Source: Nemertoderma westbladi
Lineage: Eukaryota > Animalia > Xenacoelomorpha
Direction of reading: 5' to 3'
Assembly (NCBI GenBank): GCA_032718475.1
Contig: JAUCBJ010000099.1
Coordinates: 1-33,402 of the forward strand
DNA: 33,402 bases
A program made the position numbers and the translations under genes. The notes under the pieces are model-generated. The model did not search any database. It saw nothing but the letters and a program-made list of their open reading frames with translations, and was not told the origin of the DNA. Shown in pieces: positions 11,719 to 22,708 of this stretch (its first letter is position 1; every line of letters begins with the position of its first letter).

Positions 11719-12708
11719 TCCTGGAATATAGTGTCATTGTTGTTCGACCAGTTTTTACCTGCTGTACACGGTGAACATATACTATTAATAACCCTACCAT
11801 TTTAATTATAGCCGCCGGAGGCGTTAGTCCAGTAATGAAATAAAAAAAAATATTCAGGTACCTGGACCCCCCCCCCCCCCCCCCCCCCCCCCCTCCAATT
11901 TTTATACAAATCTTGATATTGCATGAAATTTGAAACAGAGATAGTTTCATCTCCCTCCTCCTTGCTGGGTGAGCCAGAATTTTTATTTTTGCTTTCATTC
12001 TTTAGCTACAAGCGTTTGAAAAGGTGTTTCCGTCGGTATTGCGCCAGTTATACCGTAGTTATTCGTCAACCTTATGACGATTTGTTGATATTGACGGAAA
12101 GCCGACCATGCAAGGATTCCAAATATGTATAACAATCTAAATTTCGTCGTAAAATAACTGAGATAGGAGCGTTCGAAAGTTGCATGGTTTTGAGCCTGCG
12201 CAAGGCTATTTAATTATATTAAACAAATAAACCTTATTCTGGAACACTTTAGTATGATTATAGAGTTATTGAATTGTTGCCCAGCTACGTATGGGATAAA
12301 CAAAATATTCTAGAATATGGTGTATTTATTAAATATAACTAATAAATAGCCTTGCGCAGGTGTAAAACCATGCAACTTTTGAACGCTCATATCTCAGCTA
12401 TCTTACTTGGAAATAATTACTTATTTTATTTGGAATCCTTGCATGGCCGGCTTTCCGTCAATATCAACAAATCGCCATAAGGTTGACGAACTACTGCGGT
12501 GTAACTGGCGCAATACCGACGGAAACACATTTTTTAAGCACTTGTAGCTAAAGATTGAAAGCAAAAATAAAAATTATGGCTCACCCACGGTGGAGGAGTT
12601 GAGTGAAACTATCTCTGTTTCAAATTTCATGCAATCTTATTAAGATTAGTAGAAAAAATTGAGGGGGGGTGGGTCCAGGTACCTGAACAACGACACTATA
12701 TTCCAGGA
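11719..12708. mobile_element. ~1-kb palindromic MITE-like element
   Basis: Termini tcctggaatatagtgtc / gacactatattccagga; 11854-12250 is largely the reverse complement of 12310-12685; ~100 bp extra in the left arm. Confidence 0.85.
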
Positions 12709-12917
12709 AGGATGTGAATTTCTTTAATATTCCTAAACACACAATATTTAAGCTAATAATTAAGCATTCAGAACGCCTATAAGTTACTAACATACTTTTC
12801 CCACAATGATGTAAATAGTTATAAGGAATGCGGTCAAATCACGATTAATTTTATTTTTCCCCTGAGGGAAATATTATGCTATAATATTTAATTCCTAATA
12901 ATAATTTAACTTTTTAG

Positions 12918-13229
12918 GCTAGTTTTCTCGCAATCCGTGCTGACTCTTGATTTGATAGAGGATTTGCTGTCCCAACTAACTGTCGATATGAAACATATCG
13001 GGAAAACAGATGAAACTCTAGATCCGACCAACAACCCCGGTCCGAGTCGTTGGGTTAGGGATCCGACCAACAACCCCGGTCCGAGTCGTTGGGTTAGGGA
13101 TCCGACCAACAACCCCGGTCCGAGTCGTTGGGTTAGGGACGTGAATTATTCCCGTATCGATGGTTCTACCGATATGACAGATCGCCAATCGTATTGCAAC
13201 CAAATTAACGACAATTCTGGATCGTCGAG
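12918..13229 (+). CDS. ATRX: ATRX-like helicase exon (motif IV region)
   Basis: tttttag| ... AG|gtcagt; VLVFSQSVLTLDLIEDLL...YSRIDGST; an alternative same-phase donor lies at 13238. Confidence 0.88.
13021..13139 (+). repeat. Coding 39-bp tandem repeat, 3 copies (DPTNNPGPSRWVR)
   Basis: Perfect copies start at 13021, 13060 and 13099. Confidence 0.95.
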
Positions 13230-14025
13230 GTCAGTTAGGTGACAACTTCTTTAATAATTATCGAATAATTGCCACAATAATTTTGGCGATAAAATTAAAA
13301 AAAAATTAATCTCAGCCACAATCTCGGAAATTAAAAAGTGCAACAGAATTGGAAGACTATTTATTGTGCAGTAAATAAAGTACTTTTTATTTATGCTTTT
13401 TATTGATATTTAATTTCATTATTCAATTGCTATTAAACCGCCGTTCAGTAAAATATATGTAAAATAATCTGCAAACACAGTTTAGTCAGAAAAATTATAA
13501 AGACTAATTATTGACATAATCCTAATGAAGTCCTTCAAATTAACATCGTATATAACAGTTTATAAAAGTTGGTAAAGGCAGCAGGTGTAATGGGGCGAGC
13601 CATATTACTGGGTAGGTGGTGATATGTAATGTGTCATTTGCATGCTACATTAAATAATTCCATTATTCGAGCGCTTTTGTTTGATGTTAGTTAATGTTCC
13701 GCAGTCGGTAGAGGTCCTGTATAAAGTTTGCATAACAGAAGTCGTTAGTTGAGGGGATTGTAGGACAAATACGATCAGTGATTGATGTAGTTCTGTATTA
13801 TTATTATTGTAAATCATAAAATTAACGATTGAATATAGTTGTGGCAGGGGATACTCAGTCAATGGTCTGTGATATCCACTTGAGATACCCTTGCGTAAGT
13901 GGGTGAGGGAGATGCCAGATGTACCTCGAGGCTGGGCCATTCAAGTGTTCTAACTAAGGTTCTATAGCAGTTCCAATAAGTAACAATTGACTGTGGAGTA
14001 GTGCTGCAATGGTGAAAGTTAATTA

Positions 14026-14297
14026 AAGTAAAAAAACTAAGACCGTTAGTTAGTTAGGCCAGGGATTACGCACAAAGTCTGACGACTTATTTACAGTGCG
14101 GTCACCCCAAGTGCGAAACTCAAGTACAGTAGGCCTACTCATTTAGCTACCACTTAAGAATGTAAGGCAGAGAAGCGCCGTGGCTGGTCCCTTCAATGCA
14201 TTCGTGCTGAACGGAAAACTGCCCTGGACCATGCGGGGATTGAACACACGACCTACCAGAGATGTGAATTCAATGGAACCACTACACCAAGGTGGGA
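14026..14297 (-). mobile_element. tRNA-derived SINE, copy 1
   Basis: Reverse complement is homologous to 23341-23610 over ~270 bp; tRNA-like head with A and B boxes. Confidence 0.82.
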
Positions 14298-14704
14298 CTT
14301 AATTAGTAGTATTATGGCAGGGATAATGGTGAGTTCCACATCTTAAAGATGGTATCTAGGGTGAGCCACATGAAATACTTTGACGTCATTGCAATTGTCT
14401 GACTAACACAGTTGAGGTTGCTGGGGGGTTAGAATTTCCAAGTTTGTGACCCTGGAATTTTAGATGATGAGTCATTGGCCTTCTTCTCTTATTGTCTGTG
14501 ATAAAGTATTCCTTGTGCATCAGCAACGGTTTATGATTGTCCAGCCTGTAGAAGTATGTGTATGTGTATGTAAGATGTATGTGATACATCTTCTCGATAC
14601 GTTTAGAGATGTACACATTGGCATTGGGATGGGCCACGTACCCAGTCAGGATGTACCAATTCGGCATCCGAGGTTACCTAAGAAACATTTATTGGAGTTT
14701 TATC

Positions 14705-15836
14705 GGTGTTTTCGCGTTTCGTCAACTCATAGTCGCCTTTTGGCAACTTGGTAACAATGTTGCGTTTCGGCAACTGAGTGATGCATTTCGGCAACTCATA
14801 ATTTCATTTCGGCAACTCATAATTTCATTTCGGCAACTGTTAGCAGGATGCGCTTAGGCAAACTGATAGATGCGCTTAGGCAAACTGATAGATGCGTTTC
14901 GGCAAACTGATAGATGCGTTTCGGCAAACTGATAGATGCGTTTAGGCAACTGATATATGCGTTTCGGCAACTGATATATGCGTTTCGGCAACTCGTAAAC
15001 AAAGGCCAACTGGTTACTGTATAGAGCCTACAGTATAGAGATAGGTGGAATCTCAACGTCACCATCGCATTGCATCAACATTTAGGGCAGAGCAAATCAG
15101 TATTATTTATTACCTTTGCCTCATTACGTTTCCCATTATTCATTTTCTTTCTACATTATTTTACCCACCCCTACTCCAACAATACTTCGAGTTTTATAGA
15201 AACTGATGTTATTATTCCATATATTGTCTACATATTATTCGATATATTATAAGTCTATTAATATACTGACTGATATTAATATAATATACTGATATTAATA
15301 TAATATACTGATATTAATATAATATACTGATATTAATATAATATACTGATATTAATATAATATACTGATATTAATTATTAATATAATATAGTGATATTAT
15401 AATTCAATCTGATATTAATTCATACAGTACTGTTTATCAATTCCCCATTTCAATTTTGGTTTTTCAAATCGCGTTCGACTCAGTAGAGTTATATTTTATT
15501 TAGAATCTGACATCTCTGGAGCAGTTTGAGCCCAAAATGGAGAGCGCACAATGTACACATATAAATGACCAATTAACAACTCTGCCTCCAATAACTATAA
15601 CTAACTTTTAAACTTGTCATCATTTATCATTTACTTAGATAATGAATCTAGTCACAGTTACATTACATGAGGGTTTGTGACCTACTGTAGTTGCCGAAAC
15701 GCGACTTCAGTTCGCCGAAATGCAACTACGACTTGCCGAAACACAACTATAGCAGTTGGTGAAACGTAATTGTTCAGTTGCCGATACGCGAATTTGAGTT
15801 GCCTAAAAGTGACAGTTACCGAAACGCGACGTAACC
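14705..15836. mobile_element. Second non-autonomous foldback element with inverted ~21-bp tandem arrays
   Basis: GGT...ACC termini; flanks gttttatc / gatttatc (8 bp, 1 mismatch); tttcggcaact arrays on the left and agttgccgaaa arrays on the right. Confidence 0.75.
15268..15375. repeat. 19-bp AT-rich tandem repeat (actgatattaatataatat), ~5 copies, inside the foldback element
   Basis: Directly visible. Confidence 0.9.
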
Positions 15837-16609
15837 GATTTATCGACCAAATCGCCGAATTTGACAAAACTTTTGCTCAACCAGAAGTAGGTGAGGATGA
15901 TACGCACCATGTGAGGGTCAACATGCGTTGTCCAGGATATATTTTGCCAAGATGTAGTTTGTTGACATATATAAACTGACGAGCCTTTCAATATGTCGTA
16001 CTGTTAAAACAGTGTATAATATTATGTCAACAACTATATTTGTGCTTTGCTTCTTTTCTATAGACTTTTCTATAAACTATTAACTTACCGGCATGTCCGA
16101 GTGACCCCCGTGGGGAGGTATAATAACCGTGGGGGGGTTCCTGTGTGTGCTAAAGTTGCTTTAGTGGTCAGCTAGGAGGATATACTCCATCCAGCACCCT
16201 GGTTGGTAAGCTGATGGGTGAGACAGGTCTATATGATGTCGGTTCCATGGTGGAGCGGCCCTTTCCTTTGTAGATGCTTGATGAGGTGATGCTTAGCGAG
16301 CGTGTCACAGTGGGGTCTATGTTCAGGGTTATGAAGTGTTCCATGGTCAAAGATGCATATTCATGACTTCAGTAGCCTTGACTCTGGATAGTGACGATAT
16401 TGCCTGAGAGGGGAATTATAATTGGTTTGGTAGATGTACTGCATCGCTGTTCCAGAATGTCATGGATATTTTGGTACTGGTAGTCGTAGATCTAAATATT
16501 TTCATTGTGTTTTCGAAAAATGGATTGCATTTCTGGGGCAGGTGCTTGTTGTGGTTCATCTGGAGTACCAACGGCGTGCAGTATTCCTAACAAGATTTAC
16601 ATGGAGATT

Positions 16610-19600
16610 ACCATTAACCCTTACCTTTCCCCCAGTATGAGCGTCCTAACCATTAACCCTTACCTTCCCTCCAGTATGAGCGTCCTAACCATTAACCCTT
16701 ACCTTTCCCCCAGTATGAGCGTCCTAACCATTAACCCTTACCTTCCCTCCAGTATGAGCGTCCTAACCATTAACACTTACCTTCCCTCCAGTATGAGCGT
16801 CCTAACCATTAACCCTTACCTTCCCTCCAGTATGAGCGTCCTAACCATTAACCCTTACCTTTCCCCCAGTATGAGCGTCCTAACCATTAACCCTTACCTT
16901 TCCTCCAGTATGCGGGTCCTAACCACAAACCCTTACCTTTCCCCCAGTATGAGCGTCCTAACCATTAACTACCTTTCCCCCAGTATGAGCGTCCTAACCA
17001 TTAACCCTTACCTTCCCCCCAGTATGAGCTTCCTAACCATTAACCCTTACCTTTCCCCCAGTATGAGCGTCCTAACCATTAACCCTTACCTTTCCTCCAG
17101 TATGCGGGTCCTAACCATTAACCCTTACCTTTCCTCCAGTATGAGCGTCCTAACCATTAACCCTTATCTTCCCTCCAGTATGCGGTTCCTAACCATTAAC
17201 ACTTACCTTCCCCCCAGTATGCGCGTCCTAACCATTAACTACCTTTCCCCCAGTATGAGCGTCCTAACCATTAACCCTTACCTTCCCTCCAGTATGCGCG
17301 TCCTAACGATTAACCCTTACCTTCCCCCCAGTATGAGCGTCCTAACCATTAACCCTTACCTTCCCTCCAGTATGAGCGTCCTAACCATTAACACTTACCT
17401 TCCCTCCAGTATGCGGTTCCTAACCATTAACCCTTACCTTCCCCCCAGTATGAGCGTCCTAACCATTAACCCTTACCTTTCCTCCAGTATGAGCGTCCTA
17501 ACCATTAACCCTTACCTTTCCTCCAGTATGAGCGTCCTAACCATTAACCCTTACCTTTCCTCCAGTATGCGGGTCCTAACCATTAACCCTTACCTTTCCC
17601 CCAGTATGAGCGTCCTAACCATTAACCCTTACCTTTCCTCCAGTATGCGGGTCCTAACCATTAACCCTTACCTTTCCCCCAGTATGAGCGTCCTAACCAT
17701 TAACTACCTTTCCCCCAGTATGAGCGTCCTAACCATTAACCCTTACCTTCCCCCCAGTATGAGCTTCCTAACCATTAACCCTTACCTTTCCCCCAGTATG
17801 AGCGTCCTAACCATTAACCCTTACCTTTCCTCCAGTATGCGGGTCCTAACCATTAACCCTTACCTTTCCTCCAGTATGAGCGTCCTAACCATTAACCCTT
17901 ATCTTCCCTCCAGTATGCGGTTCCTAACCATTAACACTTACCTTCCCCCCAGTATGCGCGTCCTAACCATTAACTACCTTTCCCCCAGTATGAGCGTCCT
18001 AACCATTAACCCTTACCTTCCCTCCAGTATGCGCGTCCTAACGATTAACCCTTACCTTCCCCCCAGTATGAGCGTCCTAACCATTAACCCTTACCTTCCC
18101 TCCAGTATGAGCGTCCTAACCATTAACCCTTACCTTCCCTCCAGTATGAGCGTCCTAACCATTAACCCTTACCTTCCCTCCAGTATGCGCGTCCTAACCA
18201 TTAACCCTTACCTTCCCTCCAGTATGAGCGTCCTAACCACAAACCCTTACCTTCCCTCCAGTATGCGCGTCCTAACCATTAACCCTTACCTTCCCTCCAG
18301 TATGAGCGTCCTAACCATTAACCCTTACCTTCCCTCCAGTATGCGCGTCCTAACCATTAACCCTTACCTTCCCTCCAGTATGAGCGTCCTAACCACAAAC
18401 CCTTACCTTCCCTCCAGTATGCGCGTCCTAACCATTAACCCTTACCTTCCCCCCAGTATGAGCGTCCTAACCATTAACCCTTACCTTCCCCCCAATATGA
18501 GCGTCCTAACCACAAACCCTTACCTTCCCTCCAGTATGCGCGTCCTAACCATTAACCCTTACCTTCCCCCCAGTATGAGCGTCCTAACCATTAACCCTTA
18601 CCTTCCCTCCAGTATGAGCGTCCTAACCATTAACCCTTACCTTCCCCCCAGTATGAGCGTCCTAACCATTAACCCTTACCTTCCCCCCAATATGAGCGTC
18701 CTAACCATTAACCCTTACCTTCCCCCCAATATGAGCGTCCTAACCATTAACCCTTACCTTCCCTCCAGTATGAGCGTCCTAACCATTAACCCTTACCTTC
18801 CCCCCAGTATGAGCGTCCTAACCATTAACCCTTACCTTCCCCCCAATATGAGCGTCCTAACCATTAACCCTTACCTTCCCTCCAGTATGAGCGTCCTAAC
18901 CATTAACCCTTACCTTCCCCCCAGTATGAGCGTCCTAACCATTAACCCTTACCTTCCCCCCAATATGAGCGTCCTAACCATTAACCCTTACCTTCCCTCC
19001 AGTATGCGCGTCCTAACCATTAACCCTTACCTTCCCTCCAGTATGCGCGTCCTAACCATTAACCCTTACCTTCCCCCCAGTATGAGCGTCCTAACCATTA
19101 ACCCTTACCTTCCCCCCAGTATGAGCGTCCTAACCATTAACCCTTACCTTCCCTCCAGTATGCGCGTCCTAACCATTAACCCTTACCTTCCCTCCAGTAT
19201 GCGCGTCCTAACCATTAACCCTTACCTTCCCTCCAGTATGCGCGTCCTAACCATTAACCCTTACCTTCCCCCCAGTATGAGCGTCCTAACCATTAACCCT
19301 TACCTTCCCCCCAGTATGAGCGTCCTAACCATTAACCCTTACCTTCCCCCCAGTATGAGCGTCCTAACCATTAACCCTTACCTTCCCCCCAGTATGAGCG
19401 TTCTAACCATTAACCCTTACCTTCCCTCCAGTATGCGGGTCCTAACCATTAACCCTTACCTTCCCTCCAGTATGAGCGTCCTAACCATTAACCCTTACCT
19501 TCCCTCCAGTATGCGCGTCCTAACGATTAACCCTTACCTTCCCTCCAGTATGCGGTTCCTAACCACTAACCCTTACCTTCCCCCCAGTATGCGCGTCCTA

Positions 19601-20374
19601 ACCACAAACCCTTACCTTCCCTCCAGTATGCGCGTCCTAACGATTAACCCTTACCTTCCCCCCAGTATGAGCGTCCTAACCATTAACCCTTACCTTCCCC
19701 CCAGTATGAGCGTCCTAACCATTAACCCTTACCTTCCCTCCAGTATGAGCGTCCTAACCATTAACCCTTACCTTCCCCCCAGTATGAGCGTCCTAACCAT
19801 TAACCCTTACCTTCCCTCCAGTATGCGGTTCCTAACCATTAACCCTTACCTTCCCCCCAGTATGAGCGTCCTAACCATTAACCCTTATCTTCCCCCCAGT
19901 ATGCGCGTCCTAACGATTAACCCTTACCTTCCCCCCAGTATGAGCGTCCTAACCATTAACCCTTACCTTCCCCCCAGTATGAGCGTCCTAACCATTAACC
20001 CTTACCTTCCCTCCAGTATGCGGTTCCTAACCATTAACCCTTACCTTCCCCCCAGTATGAGCGTCCTAACCATTAACCCTTACCTTCCCTCCAGTATGCG
20101 GTTCCTAACCATTAACCCTTACCTTCCCCCCAGTATGAGCGTCCTAACCATTAACCCTTACCTTCCCCCCAGTATGAGCGTCCTAACCATTAACCCTTAC
20201 CTTCCCTCCAGTATGCGGTTCCTAACCATTAACCCTTACCTTTCCTCCAGTATGCGGGTCCTAACCATTAACCCTTACCTACCCTCCAGTATGCGGGTCC
20301 TAACCATTAACCCTCACCTTCCCTCCAGTATGCGGGTCCTAACCATTAACCCTTACCTTCCCCCCAATATGAGC
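16610..20374 (+). repeat. 39-bp minisatellite (left part, ~97 copies); each unit has a branch-point-like ctaac, a pyrimidine tract, CAG and the exon start
   Basis: Unit gtcctaaccattaacccttaccttccctccagtatgagc, with occasional 36-bp variants. Confidence 0.97.
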
Positions 20375-22324
20375 AAAGGGCCCCCTGGACTGACAACAAA
20401 ATTCAGAAGTGCCGAAATGACCTTCATAAGGCGCAAAAAGAGTCCCGACTCAAACAGACTACAGCGGCCAAGAATGCAGTTAAGAACTAGGTCCCTGAAC
20501 AGGCAGTACTCTGCTAATCTACAGGAGCTAATAAACCAACAGGTTGATGCCATCAATGATGCTGACGACAGCAGGCAATCATCCCAGGCATGGAAATCGA
20601 TCAATCTGCTTACTGGGCGGAAAAGCCAACCAACCACCAAGGTTAAGGCTGAATCACCAGCCGATCGCCTCAATGGTTGGAAAGCCCACTTTGAAAAGCT
20701 CCTCAATAATGACAGGGTATTGCCTGATAACTTTATAGAAGTAAAAGTGTCTGAGTCTGTACTCCCAGATATTCCCATTGGCGATATCTCCTTTGCAGAA
20801 GTGAAGGCTGCTGCAAAGAGCATTAAGACCAATCGTGCCAGTGGAGTAGATGGTGTTCCCCCTGAGGTCTTTAAAATACCTGAGTGTTTAAAGCTCATCT
20901 ATCCCATCATAGTAGACATGTACCGAACAACAAGAGTCCCACAAGAAATGAAAACAAATAAGTTGGTGCCAGTTCCCAAGAAGGGCAACCTAACACTCTA
21001 TGGTTCTTTTCGGGGAATCTCATTGATCTCGATTGCTGCAAAGCTATACAATAGGATTCTATTAAATCGCATCAGGGATCCCATTGAGAGACTGCTCCGT
21101 GGAAATCAGAATGGGTTCCGTAAAGGTCGTGGGACCATGGAGCTCATTTTGGCACTTAGAAGGATAATTGAAGAGTTATCAAAAAAGAAAGACAGGCATC
21201 TGGCTGTTATCTTTGTTGACTTCTTCAAGGCCTTTGATTCAGTCTCTCGCTCACGTATGTTCAGCATACTTTCATTATATGGGATTCCTGATGAAATTAT
21301 TGCAGCAATCAGATCAGTATACGATGGTTCGACAACATTTGTGTCTACTGTTGACGGTGACACAGAACCATTTGAAGTGTTATGGGGCGTCCTCCAAGGA
21401 GACACACTTGCACCATTCTTGTTCATTATTGTGGTTGACTATGTTCTACGCATGTCCTTAGATCATGATGATGGGGTGATGATAACTCCACCTACTGGCT
21501 CCAGAAGTCGAGGAAATCCTGCCAAGTACCTAACTGATCTAGACTTTGCTGATGACTTAGGAGTACTCTCAGAATCATTAGAGGGAGCCCAACGGCTCCT
21601 CAGCTCATTAGAACATGCTGCTTCTAGTGTTGGTCTTTTTATTAACTCCAGAAAGACCAAAATTCTGACAGTTAACTTTGAAAGTCCTCAGCAAGTCTCT
21701 GATCGGATGAGCATAAGCTCAAAGGATGGTATGCTTGAGCATGTGGACGACTTCTGTTACCTGGGATCATGGATCCGGAAGTCAGGTGAGGACCTTCGAA
21801 TACGTAAGGGAAAGGCATGGGCAGCCTTGAATAGGCTGTCCAGGATTTGGAAGTCACCGAGAATTAATCGAAAACTTAAGGTCCGATTATTTAGAGCAGC
21901 AGTAGTTCCAGTACTCCTCTACGGGAGTCCATGCTGGGCTCTAACTGCTGAGGACACCAAATCTCTGGATGGCACATTCACAAGAATGCTACGCCGGGTT
22001 CATTGTGTCAAGTACAATGCACACATCTCCAACCAGACACTATATAACATTGGAGGTGTCTCATTGGTTCCCCCAAGCTTGACACTAGAACAAAATCGCC
22101 TCCGCTTTGCAGGACATTGCTTTCGCCGTGAGGACCAGCCAGTGCATAATCTTGTACTTTGGCAGCCTCATGGAGTGAATAAGCATGGTGGACAGCCCAT
22201 GACTTTCTTGAGACGCATCTTAAAGGACACTGGCCTTAAAGATGCGGATGATCTAGCAAATGTCATGGGTGATAGGGAGTTGTGGCGGTGCAATTTTGTT
22301 GACAAGCCGGCACCTCATTCTTAA
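20375..22324 (+). CDS. Uninterrupted non-LTR reverse transcriptase ORF (~650 aa, N-terminally truncated)
   Basis: ASGVDGVPPE, FRGISLISIAAKLY, QNGFRKGRGT, FVDFFKAFDSV, GVLQGDTLAPFLF, LDFADD, DFCYLGS, VLLYGS; stop at 22322-22324. Confidence 0.92.
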   Translation, partial: KGPPGLTTKFRSAEMTFIRRKKSPDSNRLQRPRMQLRTRSLNRQYSANLQELINQQVDAINDADDSRQSSQAWKSINLLTGRKSQPTTKVKAESPADRLNGWKAHFEKLLNNDRVLPDNFIEVKVSESVLPDIPIGDISFAEVKAAAKSIKTNRASGVDGVPPEVFKIPECLKLIYPIIVDMYRTTRVPQEMKTNKLVPVPKKGNLTLYGSFRGISLISIAAKLYNRILLNRIRDPIERLLRGNQNGFRKGRGTMELILALRRIIEELSKKKDRHLAVIFVDFFKAFDSVSRSRMFSILSLYGIPDEIIAAIRSVYDGSTTFVSTVDGDTEPFEVLWGVLQGDTLAPFLFIIVVDYVLRMSLDHDDGVMITPPTGSRSRGNPAKYLTDLDFADDLGVLSESLEGAQRLLSSLEHAASSVGLFINSRKTKILTVNFESPQQVSDRMSISSKDGMLEHVDDFCYLGSWIRKSGEDLRIRKGKAWAALNRLSRIWKSPRINRKLKVRLFRAAVVPVLLYGSPCWALTAEDTKSLDGTFTRMLRRVHCVKYNAHISNQTLYNIGGVSLVPPSLTLEQNRLRFAGHCFRREDQPVHNLVLWQPHGVNKHGGQPMTFLRRILKDTGLKDADDLANVMGDRELWRCNFVDKPAPHS

Positions 22325-22365
22325 AAATGCAGCTGCAATGCAGCATGCCGATCCTAGTAGTAGTA
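20375..22365 (+). mobile_element. 5'-truncated RTE-type LINE inserted in the minisatellite
   Basis: Array breaks at ...atgagc| and resumes at |gagcgtcc (apparent 4-bp duplication gagc); short 3' UTR and (GTA)n tail; no APE endonuclease domain present. Confidence 0.92.
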
Positions 22366-22708
22366 GAGCGTCCTAACCATTTGACCCTTACCTACCCTCC
22401 AGTATGCGGGTCCTAACCATTAACCCTTACCTTCCCCCCAGTATGAGCTTCCTAACCATTACCTTCCCCCCAGTATGCGGGTCCTAACCATTAACACTTA
22501 CCTTCCCCCCAGTATGCGCGTCCTAACCATTAACTACCTTTCCTCCAGTATGCGGGTCCTAACCATTAACCCTTACCTTCCCTCCAGTATGCGGTTCCTA
22601 ACCATTAACACTTACCTTCCCCCCAGTATGCGCGTCCTAACCATTAACTACCTTTCCTCCAGTATGCGGGTCCTAACCATTAACCATTACCTTCCCTCCA
22701 GTATGCGG
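22366..22708 (+). repeat. 39-bp minisatellite (right part, ~9 copies), ending in the true acceptor
   Basis: Same unit as the left part; the last copy ccctccag|tatgcgg runs into the exon. Confidence 0.95.

Larger units (their letters stand above)
14300..16600 (-). pseudogene. Heavily decayed CR1/L2-like RT relic, split by a foldback element
   Basis: YKGKGRSTMEPTSYRPVSPISL (16190-16275); VRGP..NVYIS near 14600-14645 resembles VLGPILFNIYI; boundaries are approximate. Confidence 0.55.

Noticed and set aside
16505-22324. The 1939-aa ORF as a stand-alone repeat protein gene
   Set aside because: It starts at TTG in a decayed antisense LINE region and is a composite of an intronic minisatellite and an inserted LINE. 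It is considered only as a possible spliced fusion.
16610-22708. CRISPR-like array associated with an RT
   Set aside because: Units are contiguous with no unique spacers, no cas genes are present, the context is eukaryotic and the RT is LINE-type.
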